Assembly (NCBI GenBank): GCA_958009085.1
Contig: OY253668.1
Span: 744,001 to 808,000 of the forward strand
Length of the DNA: 64,000 bases
From: Protoeuglena noctilucae
Lineage: Eukaryota
Direction: 5' to 3'
Part shown: positions 37,001 through 49,409 of the stretch, piece by piece
Numbering within the stretch: position 1 is the first letter of the stretch
Layout of the letters: every line of letters begins with the position of its first letter
The notes under the pieces: model-generated
Seen by the model: only the letters and a program-made list of their open reading frames with translations
Databases searched by the model: none
What the model was told of the DNA's origin: nothing
Made by a program: the position numbers and the translations under genes

Positions 37001-38792
37001 CCAGCGCTACGTGCTCACGGAATCCCCCAAAACGCAACGGCTCCCGCCTGAGATTGACAGGAACGAGCTGTACCACCCCGTCAGCCGGGGCGGCCTTCAG
37101 GCTCAGCATGTGCCCTTTCACCAAGCGGCCCTCCGCTTCAAGATGATCCAGCTCCATGCGTCGGGGGCGGACCCCCTTTTCTCCAATGCCATCCACCAGC
37201 ACCTCGTCAGGTCCCTCAAGTATAAAGCGACGGTCAAATATGACGGACTGCGCTATGAGACGACGTTGTCCATCCCGGTGGGGCCCCACATCTGTGCTCT
37301 GACAGCCAAAGACTGGGCGGAGCTCACGCCCACCCCCCTCATTCGTGACCTTTTCAGCGCCACCTCGATGTTCCCCGCCACCCAGATGCTTCCTCCACCA
37401 CAGCCATACGCCAACCCACCCACCCTGAATGACCTGTGGATCCACCTGACCCCAATGCTCCGACCCCCGCTTCTCTTCAACCCACAAAACCCTCTCTCCT
37501 TCCCCGCCAACTTCGTGCACAGCCGCTCTACTGACCTTATCCACCAACGACTCCTCCTTGATCTGGGCCGCCATCATCCCAATCCTCGAACCTCTCCAGC
37601 GGGCCTTCCCGCTGGTCTCGTCGCTCATCATCCCTCGTGCCCACAATGGCCGTCTGGGACTCAAAGACCCTGACGACGTACTGACGACCCTCATGGTCCT
37701 GCCCTGGGCTCCTATATGGCCAGGCAGATTCGACTTGACTTCGTTTCTGCCCTCTCCGCCCACCTCAACATCAACAGCCCTGGCCGCCCTGGGCTCCCCG
37801 CCAACGCCTGGAATGACATCCGTGGTCCCACAGTCCTGTCTGTCTTCCCTCACGATTTCATCCACCGCATCTCTGGGTTCAGGGCCCAGGGCTGGTCCCA
37901 ATACTTCTCCATGCATGGCCACTCGCTTGGCCCCACGTACCACCCCCTGGCATCCATCACCCCCCAAGCCCATCACAGGGCCTTCGTGGTCGCAAAATAC
38001 TCGACGGACCAACCCTGCCAGCGTTTGTTGGAGGACAGCTCTCCCCATCTGGCACGTGCTGCGACTGCTGCCTTGGCACGCCCTCAGGCTAACCCCGCTC
38101 ACCTGGCCGCCGCCTCCACGGCCTGGCTCGCTGTCACCGACCGGTTGCCTACCTATTCTGACCTCCAGGGCAAGCCCTGCCCCCTCTGTCTCGAACTCCA
38201 CGGCACGTCCCTCCATGACCTGGCGGAGTCATGCCGCACGGCCCAGGTCGTGTGGCGCTCCGTCTTCCAATCCCTGCCTCCCCTGTCCTGGCAGAACCTG
38301 CGCCGCTGCCTTACCCAGCCACCCGTGGGGCCATCCGGCCTCTGCCCTGACCGTGGCACCCCCACTGCGTTCCTCTACCGCTTTGGCGCCACCCATGCCA
38401 GCTCCTCCCTGCTCAGGTCCCCCGCTTGGCGTCTCCTGTGGTCTGAAACTCTCCATGCCATCATCACCGCGCGCCGCTACTGGCGCACAGGCCATCCCCT
38501 CCCAGGTGCACCCCCCATGCTGCTCCTTGACCCTCCCGACGCCCCAGCGTGGGCACGGGCAGCTCGCATCGTCTCCTACGCCGGCCATAGGATCTCTTCT
38601 GCCCTGGCTTCCCACCACCGCCTCGCCTCCCCGGTTTCGGCCTCTCTGCTCCCAGACCTCCACGACCCTTCCCTCCCCCGCGGGGTCTTCTTCAAGGCCA
38701 TCTCTGTCACTCAAGACCTCTTCTCTTCTTTCTCACCTCTGCCTCCCCCGCAGCCGCCACCCCATCGCCGTGTTCCATTTGAGCCGGGATAG
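34006..38792 (+). pseudogene. LINE ORF2: apurinic-type endonuclease + reverse transcriptase + C-terminal Zn knuckle, disrupted
   Basis: EN: TLNLNG, FLQELK, GVAIL, LVNVYMP, GGDWN, RLDRLY, SDHAPV. RT: FRPISV, QQAFIKGR, DFANAYDTVD, GVRQGCPLAPSLF, QFADD, KYLG. CPLC-x8-H-x5-C. Broken by an in-frame TAG (34394) and several frameshifts. Confidence 0.92.
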
Positions 38793-38999
38793 GGGGGCTA
38801 GGGGGGGTTGTTTTGTTTTCCGAGTTTGCTAGCTTGGCGGCTACTACTGACCTTTGCGTCACCACTTCTTCCTGTCCACCTCTATCTCCTTGAGCTTTCT
38901 TGCAGGTAGGGTTTTTGAGGGTTCCCTCCCGGTCTATATCTTTGAATCCTCACTGGCAAAAAAAAAACACATTGCGGCCTACGCGACACTACTTGTGTC

Positions 39000-40771
39000 T
39001 CAGTTCAGGGGCGATATGCCCGGCCCACCCATCCCCCGCAGCTGCGCGAGTGCCGTGGAGCCCTGGGCTGTCCGCTGCACCATGGCATCGACGTTGCGCT
39101 GGATGGTCGCCCCGGTGCTCTCCAGGGGCAGAATCCCGAAAGGCTCCTCGATCTGAGGCGCAACCAGGAGCACAGGTTTGCGTGGGCCCAGGGAGGGCGC
39201 TGCGCGGACCGCTCGCCCAGCCAAATGCAGCCTCACCTGCAGCCCAATCTCGTCGATCCCAATCAAAGAGAAGGAGATGATGCCCATGGCCGGCACCACC
39301 TCCCACCCCAGCGTCTTGTACAGCCTGCAAGCCGTGCGGCGTGCATGCGGTGGCTGGCTCCCGGCCATGAGGGGCCATCCGGCACTCCGCGGCGTCCTAG
39401 CACTCACCCGAGGGGCAGCAGCGCCAGCCATATGGTCATGAAGCGGCTGATGTGGTGCGAGTAGAATAAAGGGACCGGGGTGCGCAGGATGCGCTCGCAG
39501 CCCCCAATCTGGTCGGCGAAGCTCGTCAGGTTGGCGTCGATCGCCAGCTTGATCTGCGGGTCCAGACGCGATTCGCTGACGATCTCCGAGATGGCCTCGA
39601 GGAGGAAGTTGAACGGGTGGTCCGACGCGGCGACGACGGCCGCCTCGCGCTTGGAAAGGCCGGCGCCGACGAGGAGGTCGGCCAGGTCGTCGCTGGGCAT
39701 GCCCCGCAGCTGCGCCATGGCGGCCCGCGGGAGGGCCTTGACGAGCCGCGCGCACTCGAGCGCCCTCTCCGTCCCACCCTCGTGCCGGGGCATGTAGGTC
39801 ACGCACTGACGGACGAGGTCGCGGCACCGGTTGACCATCAGTCCCCAGTACTGCGGCCAGGGCGGGCTGCTGCGCTGGACCAGGCACGCGGTGCGATGCA
39901 TGCGGCAGTGACACCCCCCCGTTTCCCGCGTCACCTTGCGTGCCTGGTCGAAGCGCTCGTACCCCGAGTTTGTGCGGAAGACCAGGAGCAGGGACAGCGC
40001 GAAGCCAGAGAGAGAAAAAGGGACGGAAGACAGGTCCGGCACGACGGCGGGGATGGTGCCGGCGCGCTGCAGGGTGTCGAAGCACATGACGAGCGCGCCG
40101 TCCGCGCAGTAGAAGAGGCAGAGGGGCAGGCAGGCGCGCACGATGCCCGACATGGGCAGGCTCTTGAGGTGGCGCACGTATCGCCACGTGGAGCGGTGGC
40201 GGGCCCAGTCCTCCAGGGTGAAGACCGTGCGGCGGTAGGGCCGTGAGTCGTCGTCCCGCAGCGTGTCCCGGTTGTGACGAGGCACCTCCGCCTCGTCCTC
40301 CACGCTGGACGTCACGGGCATGTCGTCGAACGCCCCGGGCACGTCAAAGTCGCTGCCGAGGTCGCTCATCTCCCTACCCGCAGGGACGTCGGGGTCGTAG
40401 TCGTCGTGCGCGCTGGCATGAGCGGTCACGCGTCCCGTATGATTGCCCATAACCATTCAAGAAAGGTCAAAAAAGCCATGCCGGGCGCAATACGTGGCAA
40501 GGCTCGCTCCGTGCCGGAGGCCAGGTGATAACTGTTCCATGCACATAACCACCTGCGAAACCCACGAATTGCGTCCCTTTTTCGCCGTCCTGCATTCCAT
40601 CGCCGATCTTTCACGTGTCAACGTGCATCTACTCGGCCTGGGTGGACGGGAGAAAGCGCGAAACGCCGCTGCGCCCCGCAGAGGCGGTGGCAACATGCGC
40701 CCGCATGACATGCTGGGCGGGTCCCCGCCCGATGAGCCACTGCCAGTTCTCTTTGAAGAACTGTGAAACAT
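39000..40771 (-). CDS. Bestrophin-like anion channel (UPF0187/VCCN/BST type)
   Basis: RPYRRTVFTLEDWARHRS..RY, ALSLLLVFRTNSGYERF, GGCERILRTPVP, GIDEIGLQ|IEEPFGILPLE. N-terminal exon approximate. Confidence 0.92.
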
Positions 40772-41001
40772 CTTGGCAAGTTGCGACGACTGGGTGTTGC
40801 ATGATGAGAGCGCTTGCCCCTCTGGCGATTCCAGAGTCCGCCGTTCAGCGAGAGCGCTCCTCACGCGCTCTCCACGGCGCTCGGCATGCATGGCTAGGAT
40901 CCAACGAAGGCCCTGCTCGCTGGCAGGGCCGGGAGAGGCAAGGGAACGGGACACTGCCTAGGCTACCGACTGAGCAAGAGCTGCAGGCACTCTCGCCGAC
41001 C

Positions 41002-41597
41002 TCACATCTCCGTCGACCTCCCCGCCACCCCCACGAGCTCCCCCGCGCCCGCCTCGCCCCTCCGCAGCTCCAGCCCGGCGGCCCCCTCGCCCCCCGGCGC
41101 GTCGGCGACGACCGTGTCCCCCGGCCCGAAGTCCCCCCGCAGGATGGCCTTCGCCAGCGCCGTCTCGAGCTCCTTCTGCACCACGCGCTTGACGGGCCGC
41201 GCGCCGTACACGGGATCGAACCCCTTGTGCGCCAGGTACGCGGCCGCAGCGTCCGTGAGCGTGAGTGCCATCTTTTTGTCCGTCAGGCGCTCGGCCACGC
41301 GACGGGCCTGGAAGCGCACGATGCTCTCGATCTGCGCTTTCCGCAGCGGCTGAAAGACGATGAACTCGTCGATGCGGTTAACGAACTCGGGCCGGAAGTG
41401 CCCCCGCACCATGGCAAGCACGCCGTCGCGGATGCCGTCGTAGCCCTCCCCAGCCATCTCCGCCTGCGTCGGTGGGAGACGTATAATGGATTCTAGCCCT
41501 TTCACTCGCTCTCTCCAAATGTCTGCACCGGGGCCCGTTGCAGCCAATCGTGCACCCGGGCACTGCCCCTCAGGTCACCTGGAGGATCTCCTGGCTG

Positions 41598-41628
<31 letters not shown>

Positions 41629-41940
41629 TCTTGAAGCTGATGACGCGCCCCTGCGAGTCCGTGACGCGCCCGTCGTCCAGGACCTGGAGCAGCACGTTGA
41701 AGACGTCCGCGTGCGCCTTCTCCACCTCGTCGAAGAGCACCACGGCGTAGGGGCGGCGGCGGACGGCCTGCGGCAGTCACGAGTTGACAGAGCGTCGATG
41801 CCGGGCCGGAGCAGCGCGGATGCCGGCAGGGCTCTACGCGTGACGACGCATGCGCGGGGCGGGGCATGCAGCTCACCTCCGTCAGCTGCCCGCCCTCCTC
41901 GTAGCCCACGTACCCCGGCGGTGCGCCGATGAGGCGGCTC

Positions 41941-41972
<32 letters not shown>

Positions 41973-44900
41973 CAGGCGCACCTGGGATGGCGTCAGACAA
42001 ACACGTGGATGAAGGTCCAGTGGCAGCGCCCATACGGAGCCATCAACTGCACTGCATGTTCCTCCGCAGCGCCCACACAGTCTCGCAGGGTTAACAAGGC
42101 AGCCATGGTCTGCAGCGATCGCGCAGGGGGCCCCACTCGCCATGGCGGACTCGGTGTCAAAAAGGAACTGGGCAAGGGCCTTGCACAGCTCGGTCTTGCC
42201 CACGCCGGTGGGGCCCAGGAACATGAAGCTGGCGATGGGGCGGTTGGGGTCGGACAGGCCCGCCCGGGACCGCTGGATGGCGTCCGCCACGGCCTCGACC
42301 GCCTCGTCCTGCAAACGAGTGACCGGCTCACGCGTGAGTTTGGTACGACGAGTGCAGACGCTTGCAAGGGAAGCTTGGAAGGCGGTGCGGCTCTGAATAG
42401 CCAGCCGCAGCGAGCGAGGGCGAGACTGGGAGCTGCGCCGCAGTTGGCTTGGTGCAGCACGTTTGCCAAGTCGCCGCACCTGCCCCACGACGCGCTTGTG
42501 GAGCTCGTCGGCCAGGTGCAGGAGCTTGGTGCGCTCCGTCTGCTGCAGCTTCGACAGCGGGATGCCCGTCCACTTACTGACAATCTCCGCAATGTCGCTC
42601 TCCGTCACCTCCTCCCTGCAAGCCGGGCAGGGCAAACAGGCATATCCTCGTGCTCCCATGCGTTTGTAAAGACGCAGCCTCTCACCCCGCCCCCGCCGCC
42701 GCTCACCGCAGCATGCGGTTGGGGCTGGCCTTCCCCGCCTCGATCTTCGCCTGGACCTCCTGCAGGGACTGCTGCAGGGACCTGAGCGTCCCGTACTTGA
42801 GCTCCGACGCACGCTGCAGGTCGTACTCGCGCTCCGCCGTCTGGATTTCAATGTTGACCCTGCGCGGATTGAGCAGATGTCGAGAGTCAGAGCAAAGCCG
42901 GGAGCTCTCAGGACATCCTCGGACCGACCACATCAGCCTGCCCGAGAGCACAGGAGTCTTTTACAAAGCACCTGTCGATCTCCTCCTTGACACTCTGCAG
43001 GCTGTCCATCAGCGCCCGCTCGCTCTCCCACCGCTCCGTCAGCTCGGACTGCTCGGCACGCAGCCGCTGCAGCCGGCGCTCCAGGCCGTCCAGCCGCGCC
43101 CCCGCGACCTTGTCGTCCTGCGAGTAGACCCATGCACTCGCATCACACGGCGCGGATCCCCAATGCACCCCAGCCACACCGCTCCGTCCTCAGCTCCGAA
43201 GCGCGCATGAAGCGCCTTTCACGCACCCGGGAGGCCTTGGTCAGCGACACGCGCTCCATTTCGAGCTGCATGACCTTGCGATCGATCTCGTCCAGCGCCA
43301 CGGGCTTGCTCGTGATCTCCATCTGCAGCTTGGCCGCCGCCTCGTCGACCAGGTCGATGGCCTTGTCGGGGAGGAAGCGGTCCGAGACGTATCTGGGAAT
43401 GCAAGGGAACCGAGACGGTCGACAACGACGAAAAGAGCACGAGACCTCCCATGATGGCATGCAGGGACGACGACGGCACAGGTGCGTGCGCTCGTGCGAA
43501 CTCCCCAGGTTGACGGATGATGGGAGGTGCGGATGCGTGTGCTCGTGCGAGCTCACCTGGCGGACATCTGCGCGGCCTCGACGAGTGCCGAGTCGGAGAT
43601 GCGGACCTTGTGGTGCAGCTCGTAGCGCTCCCGCAGGCCGCGGAGGATGGAGACCGTCTCAGCCACCGAGGGCTCCTTCACGTACACCTGCGAGGCACGG
43701 CCGAGCGGATACTCGAATTCGGACGAAACGAACGGGGGCGCCAGAGCATACGCTGCCGCGACAGTGCCGTTCATGCATACCAGCCAGCAAGTCTCCAGTG
43801 CCACACCGTTTGCCTGCCCGTGCCTGCGCTCTGTCAATGTTGTGACTGGCAGTCGTCGAAACGTCACCTGCTGGAATCGGCGCTCGAGAGCCGGGTCCTT
43901 CTCGATGTGCTTGCGGTACTCGTCCAGGGTGGTGGCCCCGATGCACCGCAGCTGGCCCCGGGCCAGGCTCGGCTTCAGCAGGTTCGACGCGTCCATCGCG
44001 CCGCCCGAGGCGCCGGCACCCACGACCGTGTGGATCTCGTCGATAAACAGCACGATCTTGCCCTCGGCGTCCTGCAGACACCGCGCTGCGGCGTGTAACG
44101 ACGTCGGGCACCGCGCGGCTTGCTTAGGCCCCTGGTGAGGTGCAGCGACCTCACTCCGAGCGCCGTCGTGCCCTCGCGGGATCGCTCAGACTCACCTGCA
44201 CTTCCTTAATGACGGCTTTGAGGCGGTCCTCGAACTCCCCTCGGTACTTGGCGCCCGCGATGAGGGCGCCCATGTCCAAAGCCATCAGGGACCGGCCCTG
44301 CAGGGAGGCAGGGACGTCGCCCGCCACGATGCGCTGCGCGAGACCCTCCGCGATCGCCGTCTTGCCCACGCCGGGCTCCCCGATCAGCACAGGGTTGTTC
44401 TGCAGGCGAGGCTCGGCCCCTGCTGGTTGGCCCCAACCGCGCATGGCAGAGGGGGACCAGTCGGGTAGTCTACTCTCCACTTCCCGCTTCGCAATCCTGC
44501 CCGTTGTACTCGCCTTGGTGCGGCGCGACAGGATCTGGATGGCCTGCCGCACTTCGCTGTCCCTCCCAATGACCGGGTCCAGGCGCCCCTCGCGCGCCTC
44601 GGCCGTCAGATCCCGAGCGTAGCGGCTCAGTGCCTCGTACTTGTCTTCGGGAGACTGGTCCATCACCTGTGCATGGAAAGGAACCGTGTTCGGGGCATCG
44701 CCCACCATGTCGGTCGCGCAGTGATAGCCCCCGATGCTCTCGACTATGAGCAGGGTGCGGCAGGCGCACGAGAGTTGCGCCCGATCGCACCTTGGAGCTC
44801 CCGCGGACCTCGGTGACCGCCTTGCTGAGCGCCTCCTGGGTGAGACCGCACGAGCGCAGGCACTCCTGGCCGAACCGCGCGTCCTCAGCCAGGCTCAGGA

Positions 44901-46009
44901 GCAAGTGCTCCACGGACACAAACTTGTCGCCCATCTTGTCCCTGGGAAGGATGAAGAGACACGCCCTCTCGTCTCATGGCAGCAATTGCAGCCACGGGCG
45001 CTCGACTGTTGCACAGTTCGTCTCACCTCTGCGTGATGGCCTTGTTCACGATGTTCTCCAGGTTGCGGCCCAGCACCATATCGAGGTTCGAACCCGAGAC
45101 CTTGGGCTGCTGCCGAATGAACTCCTCCGTCTTGCCCAGCACCGCTGCGCGCACCGCCACGGCACGTTCATCCCGCCGCACGAGCCGGGCAGCTCCCGAC
45201 GCGCTACAGCTGCGTCAGATACTACACCTCGCACTCTCACCCGTGGGATTGCCGCCCGCCTTCGAGATAAGGCGGCGCGCCAGTCCATTCGGCTGCTCCA
45301 GCAGCGTCTTCATCAGGTGCTCCGTCTCCACGAACTGCTGCCCCGCGGCCTTCGCCTCCTCCGGGGCACCCGTGATCGCCTGCCAGGCCTTCTCCGTGAA
45401 CTCGTTCTGGCTGTGGGGAGAGGCAGGTCACGGCACGTTTCCAGCTTCATCCCTCGGCTGTCTCGGTGCCGGCGACGCCGTCACATGCTGAGAATACCAC
45501 AACCGATTGCATGACTCTCGACGGCACAGGCGGGACCGCGGGGGATGGGAACCAGGAGCTGCTCCACTCACCATCCCTCGAGGCTCACCTAATTCTCTTT
45601 CCCCCCGACGACCCGGATGACGCGAACACGCGCACGCATCTCCGACAGGTAGCTGCACCCGCGGCGTCGCGGCCGGGCTGCCTGCGTTCGCAAGGGGAGG
45701 CAGCGCTGTCCCGACCCGACTCGCTGCTTCCCGGTGCCCCGGGGAGCCCCGAGCGGCGGGTCCCCTGTATCCACTCCTGTCGCACTACGCAATCCAAGTC
45801 AGATCTGGATCGGGAGCGCGCATCTGGCCCCACGCGTAGGCCCACCTGCTGCACACGGACGTTGCCGGCATCACCCAGCGTACGCCGGGCGCCATCCGGA
45901 CCGCGGACGCAGTCGTGGCGCAGCGTACCCCACGCGCGAGGAGGAGGCCATGCCTGCGCCACGGAAACGCGGCCAGCGACCGCGCGGCGACGCTCGCTTG
46001 GGCCTGCAT
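41002..46009 (-). CDS. clpB: Organellar (probably plastid) ClpB/Hsp100 disaggregase
   Basis: [57 protein letters not shown]-domain, [53 protein letters not shown]. Transit-peptide-like first exon from 46009 is approximate. Confidence 0.96.
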
Positions 46010-46406
46010 CGCCCTGTTCTGTTCCCTCGCGACCCGCTGAACGCCTTCGGGGACGCGGACGCGTAAGAAAGGGGATAAGGAGTCAGGTGTGGCAGATATG
46101 TGCGGGATTTCGCGCCGCAACGACGGGCTCACACCCTCGGCAGAAGCGTCTGGAGGTCTCTGGAAGTTTTCTCAACAAACTCGCCACACCCAACGAACGA
46201 CGTCAGGGAACTGTACACGGCGCGGTGCATCCGACTCGGGAATCGCGGCTCCTCAGGCTACGCCAGCGATCTGACGTTGTCCTGGCGCCAGCGCCCCCTT
46301 GATGCTGCGAGATGGCGCGCCTCGTAGGGACGGGTGCGATCTGCTTTGTGTGGATCGAGCACCCATGTTGTCCCGAACCTCGAGGGGGGATTAGCAGCTG
46401 CGGGAG

Positions 46407-47175
46407 ATGGGGACCAAAATGAATGCGTTTCTTGCCCGCTTTGGGGAGCGGGGGGACATGAATCAGTACTGGTACTCCGCCCATACGATCGACGTGATGG
46501 TCTCGGAGATCGAGGCGCACGCGACGCGCGCAGCATTCCTCTCCACGCCATCCGTCTACTTCTCCCTCCCTCGGGCGAGTGGGCTCGTGCCTCCTACGCT
46601 CAGGGCCGCGATCGCCAGGCCACACGACGCATGACGTGGCTTTGGCCGCTCAATGCCACGCTCCCACGCCGCAGGACAGCGCGGTGCGGAAGGAGAGCGT
46701 CGTCTTCGACTTTGACGAACAGTTCGGCCAAGACGCCAAGCTCCTGGACCCTGCCAAGGTCACTGCTGCCATTGACTTATCTATGCGCTCATCTCTGCTG
46801 CGAATGTGCCGTCTCATGACTGTCCACGGTGTCACGCCAAGCCCGCAGAACTTCGTGAGGTTCGACTTCAATGCTGTGGAGGCCCTCCCCGCGCACCTGC
46901 ACCATTCATTTGACTACGCCGTGTGCGACCCGCCCTTCATCACCGAGCTCGTCTGGGAGAAGTACGCCCAGGCCATCCGGGCGCTCCTGAAGCCCGACGG
47001 AGGCAAGATGCTCCTTAGCACGATCCCCGAGAACGCCGCCATGCTGGCCGACAAGCTGGGATGCAGGCCATGCGCTTTCCGGCCTTCCATCCCCAACCTC
47101 GTGTACCAGTACGACTTCTTCACCAACTACGACTTGGAGCTTCTCTCCCAACGCAACCCGGAGATCCCTGAATGA
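46407..47175 (+). CDS. EEF1AKMT1: EEF1A lysine methyltransferase 1 (N6AMT2/Efm5 family)
   Basis: NQYWYS, AFLSTPSVYF, FDFDEQF, FVRFDFN, VCDPPFI, FRPSIPNLVYQYDFFTNY. Confidence 0.85.
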
Positions 47176-47670
47176 GGGGGCTGTGAGGAGGTAGACGCTG
47201 TGCATGCGATGTCCCAGACACCCGCGTCAGTTCGCTGTAGTCCTAGGCCCCCTTTACGTCAGGCACGCACGAGCGTCACCTTTTTTGCCCCGATTTGACA
47301 GCTGCTGACGGCCAGTGCCCTCCCATGATTTCCCATCAACAGTGCCTAGCACCTGCTTTCGCTGGTGCGACTCACGATTGCGCGTGTCCGCCCGTTTGCC
47401 TAAGCATTGATCTGGGCGTCTCGGTCCGAGTTCAAAGCACGACGCCCAAGCGCAGCCAAAACTGGGCGCACTGCCACCAGTCCGCCCCTCGCAGGGCTCG
47501 GCTGCTGCTGCTCACGGCCGTGCCGGAATCGCCACGAAAATCAGGGAGTAGAAAAAAGCCGGGAAACCTGGGGCGGCGCTGCTGTCCCCGCGCCAGGCCC
47601 CCGTCCGCGTAACGGTCGCAAGAGGCGGCCCGCGCGCGCCACCCGACGCGCCGCCAGCCGCGTGGGGTCC

Positions 47671-49409
47671 TCACATGGACGCCGGGTTCTGCACGATCAT
47701 CTGCAGCGTGGAGATCAGGAGGACGATGACCCACGCGGCCATGGCGATCCGGCCGTTCCACAGCTCGGCGTTCTTCGTCCAGCCCCACTCCCACAGCGAC
47801 CCCTCCGGGATGGGCAGCGGCAGGTTGTCGGCGTCGTAGGTCGCCAGGAGCGAGTCGATGTCGCCCATGGGCACCAGGCCCTTGCCCTGCCCGCTGGCCA
47901 CCGTGCCCACATACGGCAGCGCCTCCACCACCGCCTCGGCCAGGTCCTGGATGAAGACCGAGTTGGTGTTGAGCGCCGGCACGCGGCCCCACTCCTTGAT
48001 CCCAGACTCGAGGGCCAGTTCCCTGCGGGCGCGGCGGGCCGGCGACGCTGCGCTCACACCCCCGCTCCCGCCGCCTCGCAAAGCACCTGCCCAGACAACG
48101 CCCGCCCGCCCGCCCTCGCCTGTACTCCATGTCGATCTCCTCGAGCGTCTCGATGTGCTCCGACACGAACGAGATGGGCACCGCGAGGAGCGCCGGGCAG
48201 CCCTCCTTGCCCAGCCGCTCAATGGCGTCCTCCGTGTAGGGCTGCAGCCACTCGACGGGGCCCACGCGCGACTGGTAGGCGAGCGTGAAGGGGTTCTCCA
48301 CGCCCCGTCGGCGCAGCTCGGCCACGATCAGCGACACGCACTCCTCCATCTCTTCCTTGTACGGGTCGCCCGCCTCGTCCACGTAACTCTTGGGCACGCC
48401 GTGCGCCGAGAAGAAGAGGTGGACGGCCGAGGCGTCGGAGAACTTGGAGTTCAGGTCGTCTTGGATGAGGTCGGCCATGGCGCGGACGTAGCCGGGGCGC
48501 TGGTACCAGGACGGGATGACGGTGTGCTTGAGCTCCCGCAGGGAGGGGTCGTCGCGCATGAGCTGCTCCAGCAGGCGCAGGGACGACCCGGACGTGCTGA
48601 TGCTGAACTGCGGGTACAGCGGCAGCACCACGAGCCGCGTGACGCCGTCCCGCTTGATGTCCGCGACCGCCTCCTCCGTGAAAGGGTTCCAGTACCGCAT
48701 GGCCACGTACACCTTGGCGTCCACGCCCAGGCGCCGCAAAGCGCCCTCGAGGGCACGGGCCTGCTCGTCCGTGATCTTGCGCAGGGGAGAACCGCCGCCG
48801 ATGGACCGGTAGGCCTCCGTGCTCTGGGGAGAGGCAACGAGGACGGGTACTGTCACGGTCGCCCCGCCGCGCAGCAACCCGCGTCGCGCGCGCCGCGCCG
48901 ACTGCCCAGTCTGCGGCCAACGCGCACCTTAGGCGCCCGGGCCAAGGAGATGGCGGTGGCGATGGGCTTCTGCAGCCCCTGGAGGGCGGCCGGCAGGCGG
49001 ATGATGTCGGGGTCGGCAAAGAGGTTGTAAAGGAACGGCTGGACGTCGTCGAGCTTCTCGGGCCCTCCCAGGTTAAGCAATAGCACGCCGACCTTCTGTC
49101 CCTGGGCGCCAGCGGCGATCTTCCGCAGCACGGCGCTGTGGTCGGTGGTGTCGGCCACAGCACGCATGGGCGCGGCGAGACCGGCCGCGCGGCTCCTCCC
49201 CACGTACCCCACGCGGGGCAGCTCCCAACACATGAACGGCTCGGGCCTGCGTGGGCTGGCGGGACTCGGGATCGGCTGCGCGGGGCCCCTCGCAGGCCAT
49301 GCAAGCCCGAGCAACGCGTCAGCCCCGCGCGGGCGCCCCTCGCGAGGGCTGTGCAAGAGATTTGCGGCAGCGCGGACGTCGTGGAAGAGAAGGAGCGGGG
49401 CGACGGCAT
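47671..49409 (-). CDS. hemH: Plastid ferrochelatase with C-terminal CAB/LHC-like motif (FC2 type)
   Basis: [90 protein letters not shown]. 5' exon structure unresolved. Confidence 0.95.

Larger units (their letters stand above)
31714..38967 (+). mobile_element. L1/Tx1-type non-LTR retrotransposon (ORF1, APE-RT-CCHC ORF2, 3' poly(A)) with inverted 5' segment 31714-33008
   Basis: Intronless, lower GC than flanks, C-rich sense strand; A10 at 38958-38967; CACAT at 31712-31716 and 38968-38972 (candidate TSD). Confidence 0.9.

Noticed and set aside
43480..43560. Degenerate ~27-bp duplication of a ClpB donor region within its intron
   Set aside because: The copy has lost the GT; likely a neutral local duplication.
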